Positions 11,933 through 24,796 of a stretch of DNA of 64,000 bases are shown here, piece after piece. The position numbers and the translations under genes were made by a program. Position 1 is the first letter of the stretch; the number at the start of each line of letters is the position of its first letter. The notes beneath the pieces are model-generated. The model was not told the origin of the DNA. It worked only from the letters and a program-made list of their open reading frames with translations, and ran no database searches. The DNA is from Hydrolagus colliei (Eukaryota), in the NCBI GenBank assembly GCA_035084275.1, contig CM068744.1:15128001-15192000 (forward strand), in the 5' to 3' direction.

Positions 11933-14900
11933 TGGAAAAAATTACATCTATATCCTACATAGGGGCTGCAACTCCATCCCCTCTATTTCTGTTGAAACTT
12001 TCACCCCCAAAACACCTCATTTTCACATTCAGTCACCCAATCAGACTGATATGCATTTCTAAAATTCTCGAGTTTTATCTTTAGAGAAGTTATTCTGAAG
12101 CTATTAGAGAGTTGAATAGATATTTGGCAATAGATATGATTCTGAGTAGTAAAGCTGCAGGGTTGTATCCATCACCCGGATAGGCTACAGTATTAATCTT
12201 TCCTGATTCTGTGCATTTCTAAGAAAAATTACAGTCACACATCTCATCATGTAACAAGAGGCATCAAGTCCATATTAAAATGTAAAGGTTATGGATACCA
12301 GGGTGTCTGTGGCATCAAAATAAATCAGTGCATGAACGATCAGAGTTCATTGAAAATTATATTGATGACCACTGGATGTAGAAGAAAGACCAATGTCACC
12401 ACTGAAGTCAAACATGTCAAAATGAACCCCAAATGTTCTGTCTAGGCCGTTCCTACCCCATTTCCCTAACCACCTGCCAGCAGGCATACTGTTTTATAGC
12501 AGGACACTTCAACAGTATATGGCTTGGGGTTTTTGTAATGGAAACAAATGAAGGAGAGCTGTAGCTTTCAGTTTGGCAGGTTTATAAATGGAACTTGATG
12601 AAAATGACTTCATCATTAAATTCTATTGACAGAGCAGTCAGAGTAATTTTTTGTTAACTCTTGCACCATTCACAACCTGAGTTTTCTACACAAAAGCTAC
12701 CTTTAGTTCTCTACATGTACAATTTAAATGTATTTGGAGATGCTCTTTATACTGTTTTGTTCAAGATTGGGTTATTTGGAGTGTAAGAGCACAGTACCTT
12801 GAGAATCTAATCATTGAGGAGCATTGCTAGTTGGATAAAATGCAGTGTCTTTTGCTTGCAGTGGTGACTGAAATATAGCACGTCTCTAATATTTAATGGA
12901 TTTGGCAGAACAAGAGGTATGATCAAAGAGTAAAAAATGTTCATGTTAACAAAACATTTCTAATACACAATTTGAAATGGCAGTGTTATTAAAGGGAAGG
13001 TATTCACCTTTTCAATTCGAGTTCCTTCTCCACATTCACTGAAACCCCGTGTTTATCCTCCATGGTTTAAGGTAGTTTGAGAAAATGTTAACTGCCGTGG
13101 AGCTCCTGACTCTGTCCACATCGTTTCAGAAACAATGAACTTCAGTAATAATACAATTGGCCTGAAATTCCACTTCTCTTAGCTTGATCTTAAACATTTC
13201 ATATATATGGAAAACTCTTGATTTGGAAACCATTTCCTACCAAGCACATTACCATTTTTGAATCTCCAATCTCCAACAAATGAGTTAAAAAAAAGACAAG
13301 ATTGATTTTAAGAATTTTCCACAATCCTGCAATAACTTATATTTTAGGTTGTTGAGACTCAGCCTTTTGCAATCTCATGAAAGAATGTTGAAATGGGGAA
13401 AGATATTAAACAAATGAAGGAGACAATGTTATTATAAGGGACAGGGGAGGCCACGAGTGAGAAGTGTGTCTCACTCACTCCTTTCATTGCTGTAAAAGCA
13501 GGAGATTGGAAAATTAATAATGATTTTGATGTATAAATGTATGCGTTAATGTTAGAGAAAATATCCCATTGACACAAGGAAGATAACTTAAAGTTTAGGA
13601 ATTCACTTGCCCTCTTAATATTTCTATCAAACACAGGTATTACTGATGATTGTATTGCTTTTTTTTCACATTGCCTTTCAGTCTCAAATGTTGGCAATAA
13701 TACAGTGAGTTAAATGGAAGTAATAGTCTAAGTAATGGAACAAATAGCATCAGAACAATACATTAGTAGCCCTTCCTCTAACTTTCATTATTTCTATTCA
13801 TTTTTCATATTGATCAGCCTGACGTTTATCAGTGCAATGTTTCAGGGGTTGTATTGTTTAATTCATAAATTGAGCATTAGATAACTAGAATTACCATGTG
13901 AATCCAGTACTATTTATGCAAGCAAATCTAATAATATAACATAAATATAACAAAATAAAATACTTTAGTAATGAGAATTTAGATGATGCAATAATGTTCC
14001 TAGTGGAGTACTGAACCAACGTAAAAAAGAATAGCTGAGAAGCTAGATGAGTCAGAAAGTGGTTTGGTGACAACAACAGAGCCTACTATGCTCATTGCTC
14101 TCATCTCCAAAGTTTCCTATAGTTCCTCCCAAGTTTCAAATGCATTGTCTCATATCCTGTGCCTGTTCCCTGAATTATCATTGTATTGAAATAAAAACTC
14201 AACTGTTTAGAAATGAGGAAACTGCTTGAGGAACTGAGAAGCAAAATCCGGGAATTCTGAAGCCCGATTTTGTTTTCAAGGTCTTTGTGATAAGCCATTG
14301 TCTTGTTAAGAAACACAAATAATAAGAAGAATATTATTATTACAAGAACCACAAACAACTGATATCAAAATTAAGGATGAATTGGGGAATTTCTGAACAT
14401 CATTTTAATTGAGACAATACACAATTTTAAAACTAAGACCATGAGAAATTCCTTCAGATGAGTCATTAAACCAAACCCTCATCTGTTGAGACGGGAGTTA
14501 TGTCCAATGGCCAATAATCTCTCAACTGAAATGAGTAATTTGCTTCATGGCTGCTCACTAGACATTGAAAACAGTAACGATACTTTACAATAAATCCTGT
14601 GAAGTACTTTAAGACATCCTCCCAATGTAAAAAGCACTATACCAAATTTAAGAATTATTATTTTATTATTATTAAATTTCACGATTTAGTGATGATTAAG
14701 TTGCTTTGCTGTAAGAGGGATGATAGTTGTGAGTCATGATGTAACTGAATAAATGTAGAATGATATTATTGGTGAAAAAGTGAATCTGACAGAAATCTGG
14801 TCAAATGGTAAGCTTGGACAGCCAGATGTAATTCTATGAAAAAGTGATGTTGTTCTGGTAATGTAACATTATATCAAGACTCCATAACCAATGAAAAATA

Positions 14901-15444
14901 AAGCTTTCAGAGGTGAATGTCAAGCCAAGTTTCAAATCATAAACAGTCTCAATTGGCCAAAAGTCTAAAATTTGATTTTTAAAGTCTCAACTTTGGCTCA
15001 GTTTTCATCATTTGTGGACAGACGAGGCCTGAGCATGTGAAGTGGAACAAATTCTCAGGTTGAGGTCCTTTTTGTCGTGTACAGCACGACTTTGAAACTT
15101 AAATCTCAAATGTATTTCTTCTCATTTGATACCTCATTACAAAACAATAGGGAGATATTTCAATTTAATGTGGATTTTATGCAATCAAAAGGGGAGGGGT
15201 AAGGCTTTTAGTGGATTTTTTTTCAATTGATGCTTTTCAGGGAAATAAAAAGAAATAATTCAAATATCCTGGTATCCTTAAATATCTTTAAAATGATAAT
15301 CCTTGCATTTGTTATTTTTGGTGTAATGCTTTTCACATCAGAAGGACATTCCACGGCACTGCACAGTACTTATTCTGAAGTGAAGTCATTGTGTAGTTAA
15401 ATGTGGCAGCCCAATTGTGCACAAACAGAATAGCCAATTATGTA

Positions 15445-16330
15445 ACAAAAACAGAGATCACTGGCAACACTCAGCAGGTCAGGCAGCATCTATGGAGATA
15501 GGAAAAGTGACAGAGGCGTTTTTAATATTGGGGCAATGCACGACGAGCCCCTCATACTGTGGTCATCCAAAGCAATGCAAAAAATTAATGAAATGGGAGG
15601 ATTTGAGTGTGCTGTGCTCTAGTCTTTTGTTAAATACAGTAGTGTCTAGCGAAAAGCAGAGCTCGCCCCAGCCCAGCGGAGCAGGTGGTCTGCCTAAAGA
15701 GGCATCGCACCAGCCGAAAGTTAATTTTGGCATAAAATAAAATTGCACATGCGCACTTATTAAACTTACCATCAGTGACGGGCCCCCTAAGAAAATTGTA
15801 CCTAGTTTGAAATCTTAAAAACGCCTCTGAAAAGTGAGTCAACGTTTCAGGTCCAAGAAAATTGCGCTTTGGACAGTGGTCTGGAAAGAGGTGAAATGGC
15901 AGATATTGCACCTCCCAGCGGCTGGCATGGGAAGGTGCTGGGGGAAGGGGAGAAACTATTGGTAAAGGAATGAACCAGGGAGTTGTGGAGGGAATGCTGA
16001 GAGGGGAGGGAAATATATGCTTTGTGGTGGGGTCACGCTGGAGGTGACCGAAATGGCAGAGAATTATCCTTTGGATATTGAGGCTGGTGAGGAGAAGGTG
16101 ACGACTAGGGGGACCCTATCAAGCTTTTGGGAAGAGGGGGAAGAGGTGTAAGGGGTGAGGGCAGAAGTGCGGGAAATGGGGCAGACACTGTCGAGGGCAC
16201 TGTCTACCACAGCAAATGGGAACCCTTGGTCAAGGAAGAAAGAGGACATTTGAGATACTCTGGAGTGAAAGATGGCATTGTTAAAGCAGATGCGACAGAG
16301 GTGGAGGAGCTGGGAAGAGGGAATGGCATC
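15445..16330 (-). mobile_element. Penelope-like retroelement fragment interrupted by a MITE
   Basis: ORF 16064-16369 (AIPSSQLLHLCRICFNNAIFHSRVSQMSSFFLDQGFP...DRVPLVVTF) resembles the PLE RT thumb/linker region; the terminal-repeat motif lies at 15445-15510 and 15830-15860. Confidence 0.82.
15511..15829. mobile_element. hAT-type non-autonomous DNA transposon (MITE)
   Basis: 19-bp TIRs CAGAGGCGTTTTTAA(T/G)ATT (18/19 match); 8-bp TSD AAAAGTGA at 15503-15510 and 15830-15837; the paralogous Penelope copy near 24854 has a single AAAAGTGA. Confidence 0.9.
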
Positions 16331-17720
16331 AAACCAATTTACTGTTTGGAGGATTGTTTTGAGTGCCATGGGATCTTTTATGTCTATCAGGGAATTTTGT
16401 TTAATGTCTCAACAAAAGGATGACATTTTTGCAATGCCCACACCCCAGCACTGCATTGGACTGTCACCCTAGGTTATGCGTGTTTAAGGCCCAACATGGG
16501 GCTTGAACTGACAGCCTTCTGAATCATGGGCGAGAGGGCTACCAGAGTTTAGATAATATGGATGCAAATAAGGTTTTCTGCCTTGTAGAAAATTCAGGGA
16601 CAAAGGTGATCATTTCAAAATAAGGGCCACAAACATTAATGGGAAATGCATGTGCTTATATTCTTCAGTAAAATAGTAATAAATATGTGGAACAACATAC
16701 TAGTTAATGGAATCTTAGCGTTTTGAGATGTCTAGAAGACATGTAAAGCACTATATCAAAATGCAAAGACTATTATTATTATTATTGGACAATGAGATCA
16801 ATATGGCAAAGAAATCCTTTGAGAAGTTGGATGGTTTGAAATAAAAGAGTTACTATGTTATTACTGATCTATGATATATTCTCTCTGAATTCTCCAATGG
16901 AAGCTATCTCTCTCACAGCCGTACATCAATCTTTTTTCTTATTATTCATGACTTGGAATCAGACCATCTGAACATTGGGTGGTCCAAGTCCAAATTCAAA
17001 GCTTGACAGAAGAATTTGATGAACAGTGTTTGTTTTGGAAAAGTATTTGATGAGAAGAACTCTAAACATATTTTGACAAGACAAACAGACTTGATGAAAA
17101 CAAAGTGTTCCGGCATTACACAGCAGATCCATCAACATCTGAAAGGAAACTACAGGTTAATGTTTTGGTGTAATTCCTAATCAGATCTCACAAAATATTT
17201 CCATAAATTCTTATAACCTTGATATACTAACACAACAACAACAAAATTACATTGTGTATAGTGCTTTTCAGGTCGAAATAACGTCCCAAGCTGCTGGATA
17301 GTCAGTGTTTCAGATAAGCATGAGCAGATTTATAGACTTCACACTGGTTTCACATTTTCTTATACCATCTACAAATACGATTTTACAATTTCTGGGATGT
17401 ACATTTTCTGATGAGTCTTGTTGCGTTTCAGAGCCAGTTGCTCAAACATTTATCGCTCACATGTTTTCCACTTACAGTACATTTAACCAAGTAACAGGGA
17501 TCCTGTAGCAATTTCTCGGCTACATTTCTGTCCAGAAAAGATTTTCGGTACAGTATGAAAAGTTTAATTGCTCAGTGTGCAATGAACTACCTTTTATTGG
17601 TAAAAACACTTCAAGATGTTTATCTTACATGAAAGATACGATATAAGTGCAATTTGTTTTTCCTGCTGGTAGTTACGGTCAACAACATCAACACGGTGCT
17701 GCCATCCAGATCAAACAATA

Positions 17721-18121
17721 CCATAAATCTCCGCGTATAAGGTGCACTCGTGTATAAGGTACACCCCACACTTTTGACCACCTTGTGGCAAAAAAAAATG
17801 GAAGCATTTTTGATGATATTGCCGGCGGAATTTTTTTTTCCGCCGGCAATATCATTGAGAAAAAAATTTCCACTGAAAAAAAATCCTTTGGCGATGCAGC
17901 CCAGCATTACCGTGAAGTAAGAATTACCGGACATCGAAGGTGAGTGACGCCTGGTCTGCGTTGCCGATCCTGGAGAGCGGGTTGTCGTACTGGCGGCGCA
18001 GTTTGATGACGTACCTCTGGGGGCTGGTCGTCTTTTCCTTGTATCTGCGTATAAGGTGCACCCCCCTCTTTCGAGACTTTATGACATGAAAAAAGTGCAC
18101 CTTATACGTGGAGACTTACGG
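17721..18121 (-). mobile_element. Tc1/mariner superfamily (pogo/Tc2-like) internally deleted transposon
   Basis: 27-bp TIRs CC(A/G)TAA(A/G)TCTCC(G/A)CGTATAAGGTGCAC (24/27 match); TA on both sides; repeated subterminal motif; minus-strand peptide YKEKTTSPQRYVIKLRRQYDNPLSRIGNADQASLTFDV. Confidence 0.9.
17927..18046 (-). pseudogene. pogo-family DDE transposase remnant (~40 aa, includes first catalytic Asp motif)
   Basis: RYKEKTTSPQRYVIKLRRQYDNPLSRIGNADQASLTFDVR* resembles the pogo/POGK-like motif IGNxDE/QTxxxFD. It is below the length of the ORFs listed in the track. Confidence 0.8.
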
Positions 18122-20613
18122 TAATCTGTAAAGTCTCAACATTTCATTCTGGAAAGTTAATCTTTTCATGTAATTATCACGATCAGATATAAATTACACT
18201 CGTCTAAACTACATTCTATTCCTTATTTAAAAATTGTTCTAAAAATACCATCCTAATTTGAAATAATGGTAACATCTGACCCCAACTGTGCCATAATTTT
18301 TTATTCATGTTTTCGAAGGGATCATTTTTGAATGAGTTACATGACTTTCTAATCTTATTCAAGGGACAGTAGCTCAACATCGTCTGAGTCACTTCATCTT
18401 GATATTAAAAGTTAGTGCAAAACGGCACTGTATCCTATTAGTCATGTGTATTGTCATCTGTATTAAAAACAAACCTAATGAATTTGATTGGTGATTATTT
18501 TAAAAACAATATTACAAAAGTGGGTACCGTATTTGCTTATTTACGGTACCTGTGGGAGTACAAGTGAACAAGGATATTATGAATCATCTTTGGCTTTCTA
18601 GGTTAATGGAACCTCAATTTATTTGTCAAGAAACAATGGCAAATAAATAATAGGAAGCTGTTTCATTGTAAACGCTCAATAATCAAAATTGGGAGCTTTC
18701 AAAGCTTCCTATAGACACACTGGATGATTACATGCAAGGGAATGACTATTTTCTCTAATTATTTTGTCAGGTGAACCATAGCTGACTTTCGGAGGATAGT
18801 GTTGCTTTTGGGAGAACAATTTGAAAGTACTTCAACTCCTAAATTCATTCATGAAAGTTAATTACATCCTTGCTGCATATATGTCACTCAAATTTCCCTG
18901 GCCCATGACTTTTGTTTACAGTTGGAATTTTATGCTTATGTAGCAAGTCCTTCAACGTTTAAATTCACAGAAACTTTCTTTCTGTTTGTTGAGAATGTTT
19001 CATATGGTATGATTTTGCAAGGCAGAAAAATGCCATGATAAATAGAAGTAGATCAATATACTGGATCCATTGAACCATAAATAACTGAACATGTTTGCAG
19101 TTTATCCTACACTTCCCTCATGGCTCAGAAGTATGTTGCAATATAGGGGTTACATGGGGCATGTGACATGAAGATTGTCATTAATGTTAATTAATAAGGG
19201 CAGAAAATTGTAAGACGTGGGAACACCCAGTAAAAGGCATTCAAGATCTGCGCTACATTAGACCTTATTCCTGAAACCATCAGATTATATTGTTATAAAA
19301 AATCACTTTATATCCTGTCCTTAAAGACAAGTCTATTAAGAAACAGTTTTATAATTATCAACTGCTATGAAGTGTGAACAACTGTTGCCTTGGGTCAATG
19401 GTTTGGAATGCAGATTTTGGCACTCCCGTTGTTGCTTCTGATCACAGAGAATAGAATGTAAATACCACTTCGCAGGATACTCAATTGCTACTGGATAAAG
19501 CAGGAATTATACAGTAAAGTGCTGTATCAAATGCAAGGATTATTAATTAAAATCTGCAGCTGGTGATGGTGAAACAATTGAGACCACTGAGCAGGAATCC
19601 AAGACAATGGTGTATAGTTTTGAAAATGCGCTTAGGATGCCCAGCCGTAGTGCCAAAGTTGTAAAGGGAATACAATTCACACCCCTAACCATCGACTGAA
19701 ATGCTGCTGCTGTTTCTGTTTTCAATAACGTTTTATTTCATAATGTGTGCACTTCCTGTTTTCACAGAAAGACAATCCTCGTAACAATAACCTGGTTGAC
19801 TCACTGATTTGTGGAATAGCCTCGATAAATGTTCCAGACATTTATCTTGGATTTTTGGCTAATCTGATGGTCTGCCTGAGCATTCCCCAGGGTGGGGAGA
19901 ATTCCATTTTGATCTTCAATGCCTTTTGATGATGTTTCCACTTCCTACTGTTATGCCTCACTTCCCGTAACTTGCAAAATGCTCTCTGTAATTTTGCACA
20001 GAAACACTCGTTGATATTGGAATAAAAACATTGCTTTTTAATTTTACTTCCTTATGACAAGAACATCGCATGTTACGCATGTTGGTTAGTATTCACAGGA
20101 ACCTTCAGAAAGTTATGATTTTGACTGCTTCAATTCATGCTATCTGCAGTACAGCAGATATAAACAGATGACTTGAAAAGCTGTTGACCTTTGGTGTGCA
20201 GATTTAGGAAGAACATTAGAGCCTGTTTTCGTCATGAATCTTCAAAGGCTTTTATATCATTTTGTGCTGCTTTTTTTTCTAGCTTTCATTTTATTTGCAG
20301 CAACTGAAGGATTGATTCCTGGCCAGATTTAGTAAGTGCAAGCACCTTGGGACGTCCTCCTGACGTGAAAGGCGCTAGACAAGTGTAATTTTGTTGTTGT
20401 TAGAGGAATAATAAGGCTTGCTCTATACTTGCTTCAAAATTAGGTGAGATCTGTGATCCACCTGATATTTATTACATTGAATTAGCCCTCACAATATTAA
20501 TCTCAAGGGCCAAAGCAGAAATGCCAGGCCAACAACATTGAAAGCACTGACCCTGTTGATAATTTGGTTACTCTCTCTATGGCTGCTTGTGGGACATTGT
20601 TGTAGATACAATG

Positions 20614-20694
20614 TCGAAGGGTCGTAGACCCGAAACATTGACTCTTTTTCCTTTCTCCATGGATACTGCCTGACCTGCAACTTTTGTTTTTGTT
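20614..20694 (+). mobile_element. Penelope-like terminal fragment inserted in a SINE tail (20580-20830)
   Basis: cgaagggtcgtagacccgaaacattgac...tgcctgacctgc is the reverse complement of the 24797 copy. Confidence 0.72.
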
Positions 20695-21222
20695 GTACAT
20701 GTATTGGCTGTTGAGCTTCCCCGCAATAAACACACAGCCACATAATTTTACAGTATATCTTGTGAAGCACTTTGACATCATAAGACAAATGACATGATAA
20801 TCAAATGCAAGATTAATATTTATTATTTATTGGAAGAAATTCTGACCTGCAATGTTATCATGATCACTGGTGATCATTATCAAATGAATACCATCATTTG
20901 CACATTAATATATTTACTGTGTTTCTTGTTGAGTTAAGCCAGCATTGCAATGCCAAATTTCTTGAGCTAACAACTTCAAATGGGCTGGGTTTTGGGCTGC
21001 TGGAGGTGAGAAAAGGGGAGGGGTACACATCTTTATTAATTAATATCTTTATTTATCGAGAGGGTGGAGTTTTCAGCGATGTCCTAACCAGTGTTAATTT
21101 AGACTCTGGGTTTGAGTGGCCTGCAGATACTCATTGCCAAGTCTTGATCAATGGAAATTCATCACTTGGTTCAACTAACATCCATGGAACCATACTACAA
21201 CATGAGGAGACTGGGTTCAAAC

Positions 21223-21750
21223 ACAACAACAACAACAAATTAGACTTTAGAGCGCCTTTCACGTCGGGAGGACGTCCCAAGGCGCTGCACAGGAGGTGTG
21301 TGACCCGAGCTGGGAGGGGAGTGTTCGGGAAGGGATAAAAAACGTGGGGGAGGTCGAAAAATTAGGGGGGGAGCAGAAGGGACGATCGAAAAGGAAAGTC
21401 TTCAAACCGGCCTTGAAAGAGGAAAGGGAAGAAACAAGGCGGAGGGATTGGGGGATGGAATTCCATAGGGTGGGAGCGGAGAAACTGAAGGCCCGGCCTC
21501 CGATGGTGTGGCGGTTCGGGCGGGGGGCTCAAACCAAGTCCTGCTGAACGGAGGGTCTGGGTGGGCTTATAGGGGGAGAGTAAATCGGATAGATAGGGCG
21601 GGGCAAGGCCGTGTAAGGCCTTGAAAACGAGGACAAGCATCTGGAACTCGATTCTCTGAGGGATGGGGAGCCAGTGGAGACGGGCAAGGGTGGGGGTTAT
21701 GTGGTCACGGAGGCGGGTGCGAGGTAGTACACGGGCTGCAGAGTTTTGGA
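21223..21750 (-). mobile_element. L2 3' fragment (type A, low divergence)
   Basis: QNSAARVLPRTRLRDHITPTLARLHWLPIPQRIEF...APPYLSDLL, plus a (CAA)n tail on the plus strand. Confidence 0.94.
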
Positions 21751-21982
21751 CACATATGTCAACGGGGAGCAAAATGTTAAAAAACAATTGAATAAAGTAA
21801 AATTTGAAAGTAAACATCAAAGGTCACAAACTACATCCCATAATTAATTTACTGGATCCTGTACGGCTTTGATCTGTCATTGAGAGCTAATTTTCAGTGG
21901 ATGCTAATTTGCGCATGTACTTCAAGGTGCTGGGATAACTTGTTCTTTGGTCATCAACTCAGAATTCTACAGTCCTATAGCT

Positions 21983-22280
21983 ACAACAACAACAAAATTA
22001 CATTTATAGAGTGCCTTTCGTGTCGGGAGGACGTCCCAAGGCGCTGGGAGGTCAGTGGTTAGAGCACTCACCTTGCAATTGAGAGATGTGAGTTTAATTC
22101 CAGGCAGGGTGAAAACTTGGGCAAGTTTCCTTATTCCACACACCTGATAATAATTGCTCAAAAGTAAAAAATTATAATTAGGTCATTACTATTTGTGGGA
22201 CACTGCTGTGCGGAATTGTCTGCTGCATTTCTCCCACAAAATATACAGCCAATTCACCTTACAATATATTCTGTGAAGAG
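21983..22280. mobile_element. L2 tail (minus, 21983-22047) abutting a SINE (plus, 22050-22280)
   Basis: Terminal L2 stem-loop followed directly by the SINE head tcagtggttagagcactcacc and body. Confidence 0.8.
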
Positions 22281-22319
22281 GATGCAGAGAGACTGGAAAA
22301 TGTGCAGACATGTAACAGA

Positions 22320-22690
22320 TGAGTACACTGTTCAGTTCTGGGCACCACACTTTAGGAAGGATGTCAAGGTATTAGAGAAGGTGCACAGGAGATTTACCAG
22401 GATCGTACCAGGAATGAGGGATCAGTTATCAGGACAGAGTAGAGAAGATAGGATTATACTCCGTGGAGCAGAGAAGGTTAAGAGAAGGCTTAATAGAAGG
22501 TTTCAAAATTATCAGGGGATTCAATAGGGTGAACAAGGAAAAACTATTTCCACTGGTGAGTGGGTTGGTAACCAGAGGACACTAATTTAAAATAGTTGTT
22601 AAAAGAAATAGAAAAGAGGTGAGGACAAATTTTTTCATGCAGTGAGTTGTTGGATCTGGAATGTATTGCCTTAAATGGTGGTGGAAGCTT
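22320..22690 (+). mobile_element. CR1 fragment
   Basis: [31 protein letters not shown]. Confidence 0.88.
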
Positions 22691-22835
22691 TCATATCTTT
22701 CTCAGTAGAGTGAAATACTGGGCAAGTTTCCTTGCTCCACATGCCTCTGTTTGCCTAGCAGTGAGTAGGAACCTGATTGTTAGTTGATTGGCGGATCGTT
22801 TATCTGGATATAATATTCCTTCTAAAAACAATAAC

Positions 22836-23390
22836 AACAACAAAACAACATTTATTGTTAATGCCTTTCACATTGTGAGGACGTCCCAAGATACTCAACA
22901 GTCAGGGGTCGGAATCCGAGCATGGGGGAAGTGACGGGGTAGGGTTGAGGGGAGGCAGAGAGGTGGGAAGGCAGCTGAAGGCATGGTCGAAAAGGAGGGT
23001 CTTGAGACTGGCCTTGAAAGAGGCAAGGGAGGAAACGAGGCAGAAGGACTGTGTGATCGAGTTCCAAAGTATGGGGGCAGAGAAGCTGAAATCCCGGCTA
23101 CCAATGGTAGGGCAGGTCAGGCGGGAAACATGGTGCAGATGGGCACGCTGAATGGAGGGAGGAGGCAGGTTGGTACAGAGTCAACAGGTTGGAGAGGTAG
23201 GAGTGGGCTAGGCCATGGATGGCCTTGATAGCGAGGATGAGGGACTTGAATTTTATCCACTGGCAGATGGGGGCCAATGGAGCCTGGTGAGTGTGGGAAC
23301 GTTGAGGCCACAGAGTCTAGTGCGGGAGAGTTGTGAATGATCTGCAGCTTGTGAATGAAAGAGTTGGGAGGGTGTTTCCATAGTCAAGCC
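22836..23390 (-). mobile_element. L2 fragment nested in a long-form SINE (22710-22835 and 23390-23580)
   Basis: L2 tail and ORF2 C-terminus sit between the central and tail portions of a SINE, at its (AAT/AAC)n stretch. Confidence 0.82.
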
Positions 23391-23624
23391 TTAATAATAA
23401 CAATAATAATTTGGTCACTCAAACCACGACTGTTTGTGGGACACTGCAGAGCACAATTGGCTGCCACGTTTCACCCACAAATATACAGTCAATTCACTTT
23501 AGAGTACATTCTGTGAAGCGCATTGAAACATATAGAAGATATGAAAAGCGCTAAATCGATTGCAAGGATTTTTATTATTATAAGCCAATTTGATAACAAC
23601 TTTTAAGACAATAGATTATTATTG

Positions 23625-23990
23625 GTGGGGAACAAGTTTGCAGGACTATAGGGAAAGTGAGGTGGATGGATTTGATTTGGACAGCTCTTTTCAAAGATCC
23701 GGCACAGACACAATGGGTCGAATGGCCTCCTTCTGTGCTGTTTAAGTCTATGATTCTATGATCTATGTTATGAAGCCTTAGTCTCAGGAGAAAACAAGAG
23801 GGTGTGAGCATTGGATATCAGTGGATCTGCAGACCAAATGTGCGGAAACACTACTCAGTACTTCAGTGAGTTAGTAGATGCTAATGGAACATGCTCCCAA
23901 GGGAGATAGTGGAAACAGAAAATGTCATGTGTTTCAAGGACAAATTTGATGCATTTCTGCTAGAAAATAATATCTCAGGATATAGTTTGG
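23625..23990 (+). mobile_element. CR1 3' fragments (two)
   Basis: atgggtcgaatggcctccttctgtgctg...tctatgattctatga tail, then MLPREIVETENVMCFKDKFDAFL (CR1 ORF2 end). Confidence 0.75.
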
Positions 23991-24796
23991 GACATGACAT
24001 GTTGAGTGACAATTTGAAGCTAGGTTTTGTGTGCATTTCTGTTGCAATGTGTGTCAGGTCTGTACCTGTTAGAGGATTATCTAATATTATGGATTATTTG
24101 ATATCTTTAATAATGGAGTAGAACCTTAGTTATGTCGCCAATCATCCATTCTGGAGACCTTCCTAAGCCTTAAAAGCATTTAGAGCAGATGAACATAGGA
24201 AATAAGAACATATTGCCTCATCACACCTGCTCTCCCACAGCTATTTTCATGAAGCACACAGTTTGTATTATTGGTACGGCCATTTTTTAACCCTTCGCTG
24301 TATCTTGGTTCCCAGAAGGCGTTCGTGACAAAATGTCACTAAGCACATGCGTTAAAATTTCATTTGAAATGGGGTAAGTTTGTTATGTTTCATAATATTT
24401 ATTAGTTAAAAAACACAGTAAATTTGCTACCATTTTCTAATTAAAGCCAGCCTGTCACTCATTCTCTGGGAAACTCTTGCATGTGAGGCGAGTGCGCTAA
24501 CCAATATGCTTCGGAATGCTAAGTTTAATACCAAAGAAATTTGAACCCCCCTCCAAAAAAACAACTGGTGAATGTTTCAGGGATCTTCGATGTGAATTAC
24601 TTGTAATTGGTTTCACATCTTCACCATTACATCTAACAGTGACCTGAAAAAAAAAAGCTAATTGTTAAATGTTAAATTAGATCGTTTTTTAGCGCTAAAT
24701 GTAAAAATTCCACACATATTTAGGCACAAGGACAATGTTCATTTTAACAGCAGGTGGAATTTAACACAACTCCCACAATTGCAATTTTTAATGAAA

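Noticed and set aside
13008-13065. Minus-strand mini-exon MEDKHGVSVNVEKELELK ending at AAG|GTGAAT
   Set aside because: Short, with no recognisable homology; expected by chance.
14205-14260. Possible terminal exon MRKLLEELRSKIREF*
   Set aside because: Weak acceptor and too short to support.
19755-19895. Possible exon after CTTCCTGTTTTCACAG (KDNPRNNNLVDSLICG...)
   Set aside because: No recognisable domain and a weak donor.
24286-24355. piggyBac-like MITE (TTAA-CCCTT...TTAA with internal GTGACA/TGTCAC)
   Set aside because: The right end does not match the left as a TIR.
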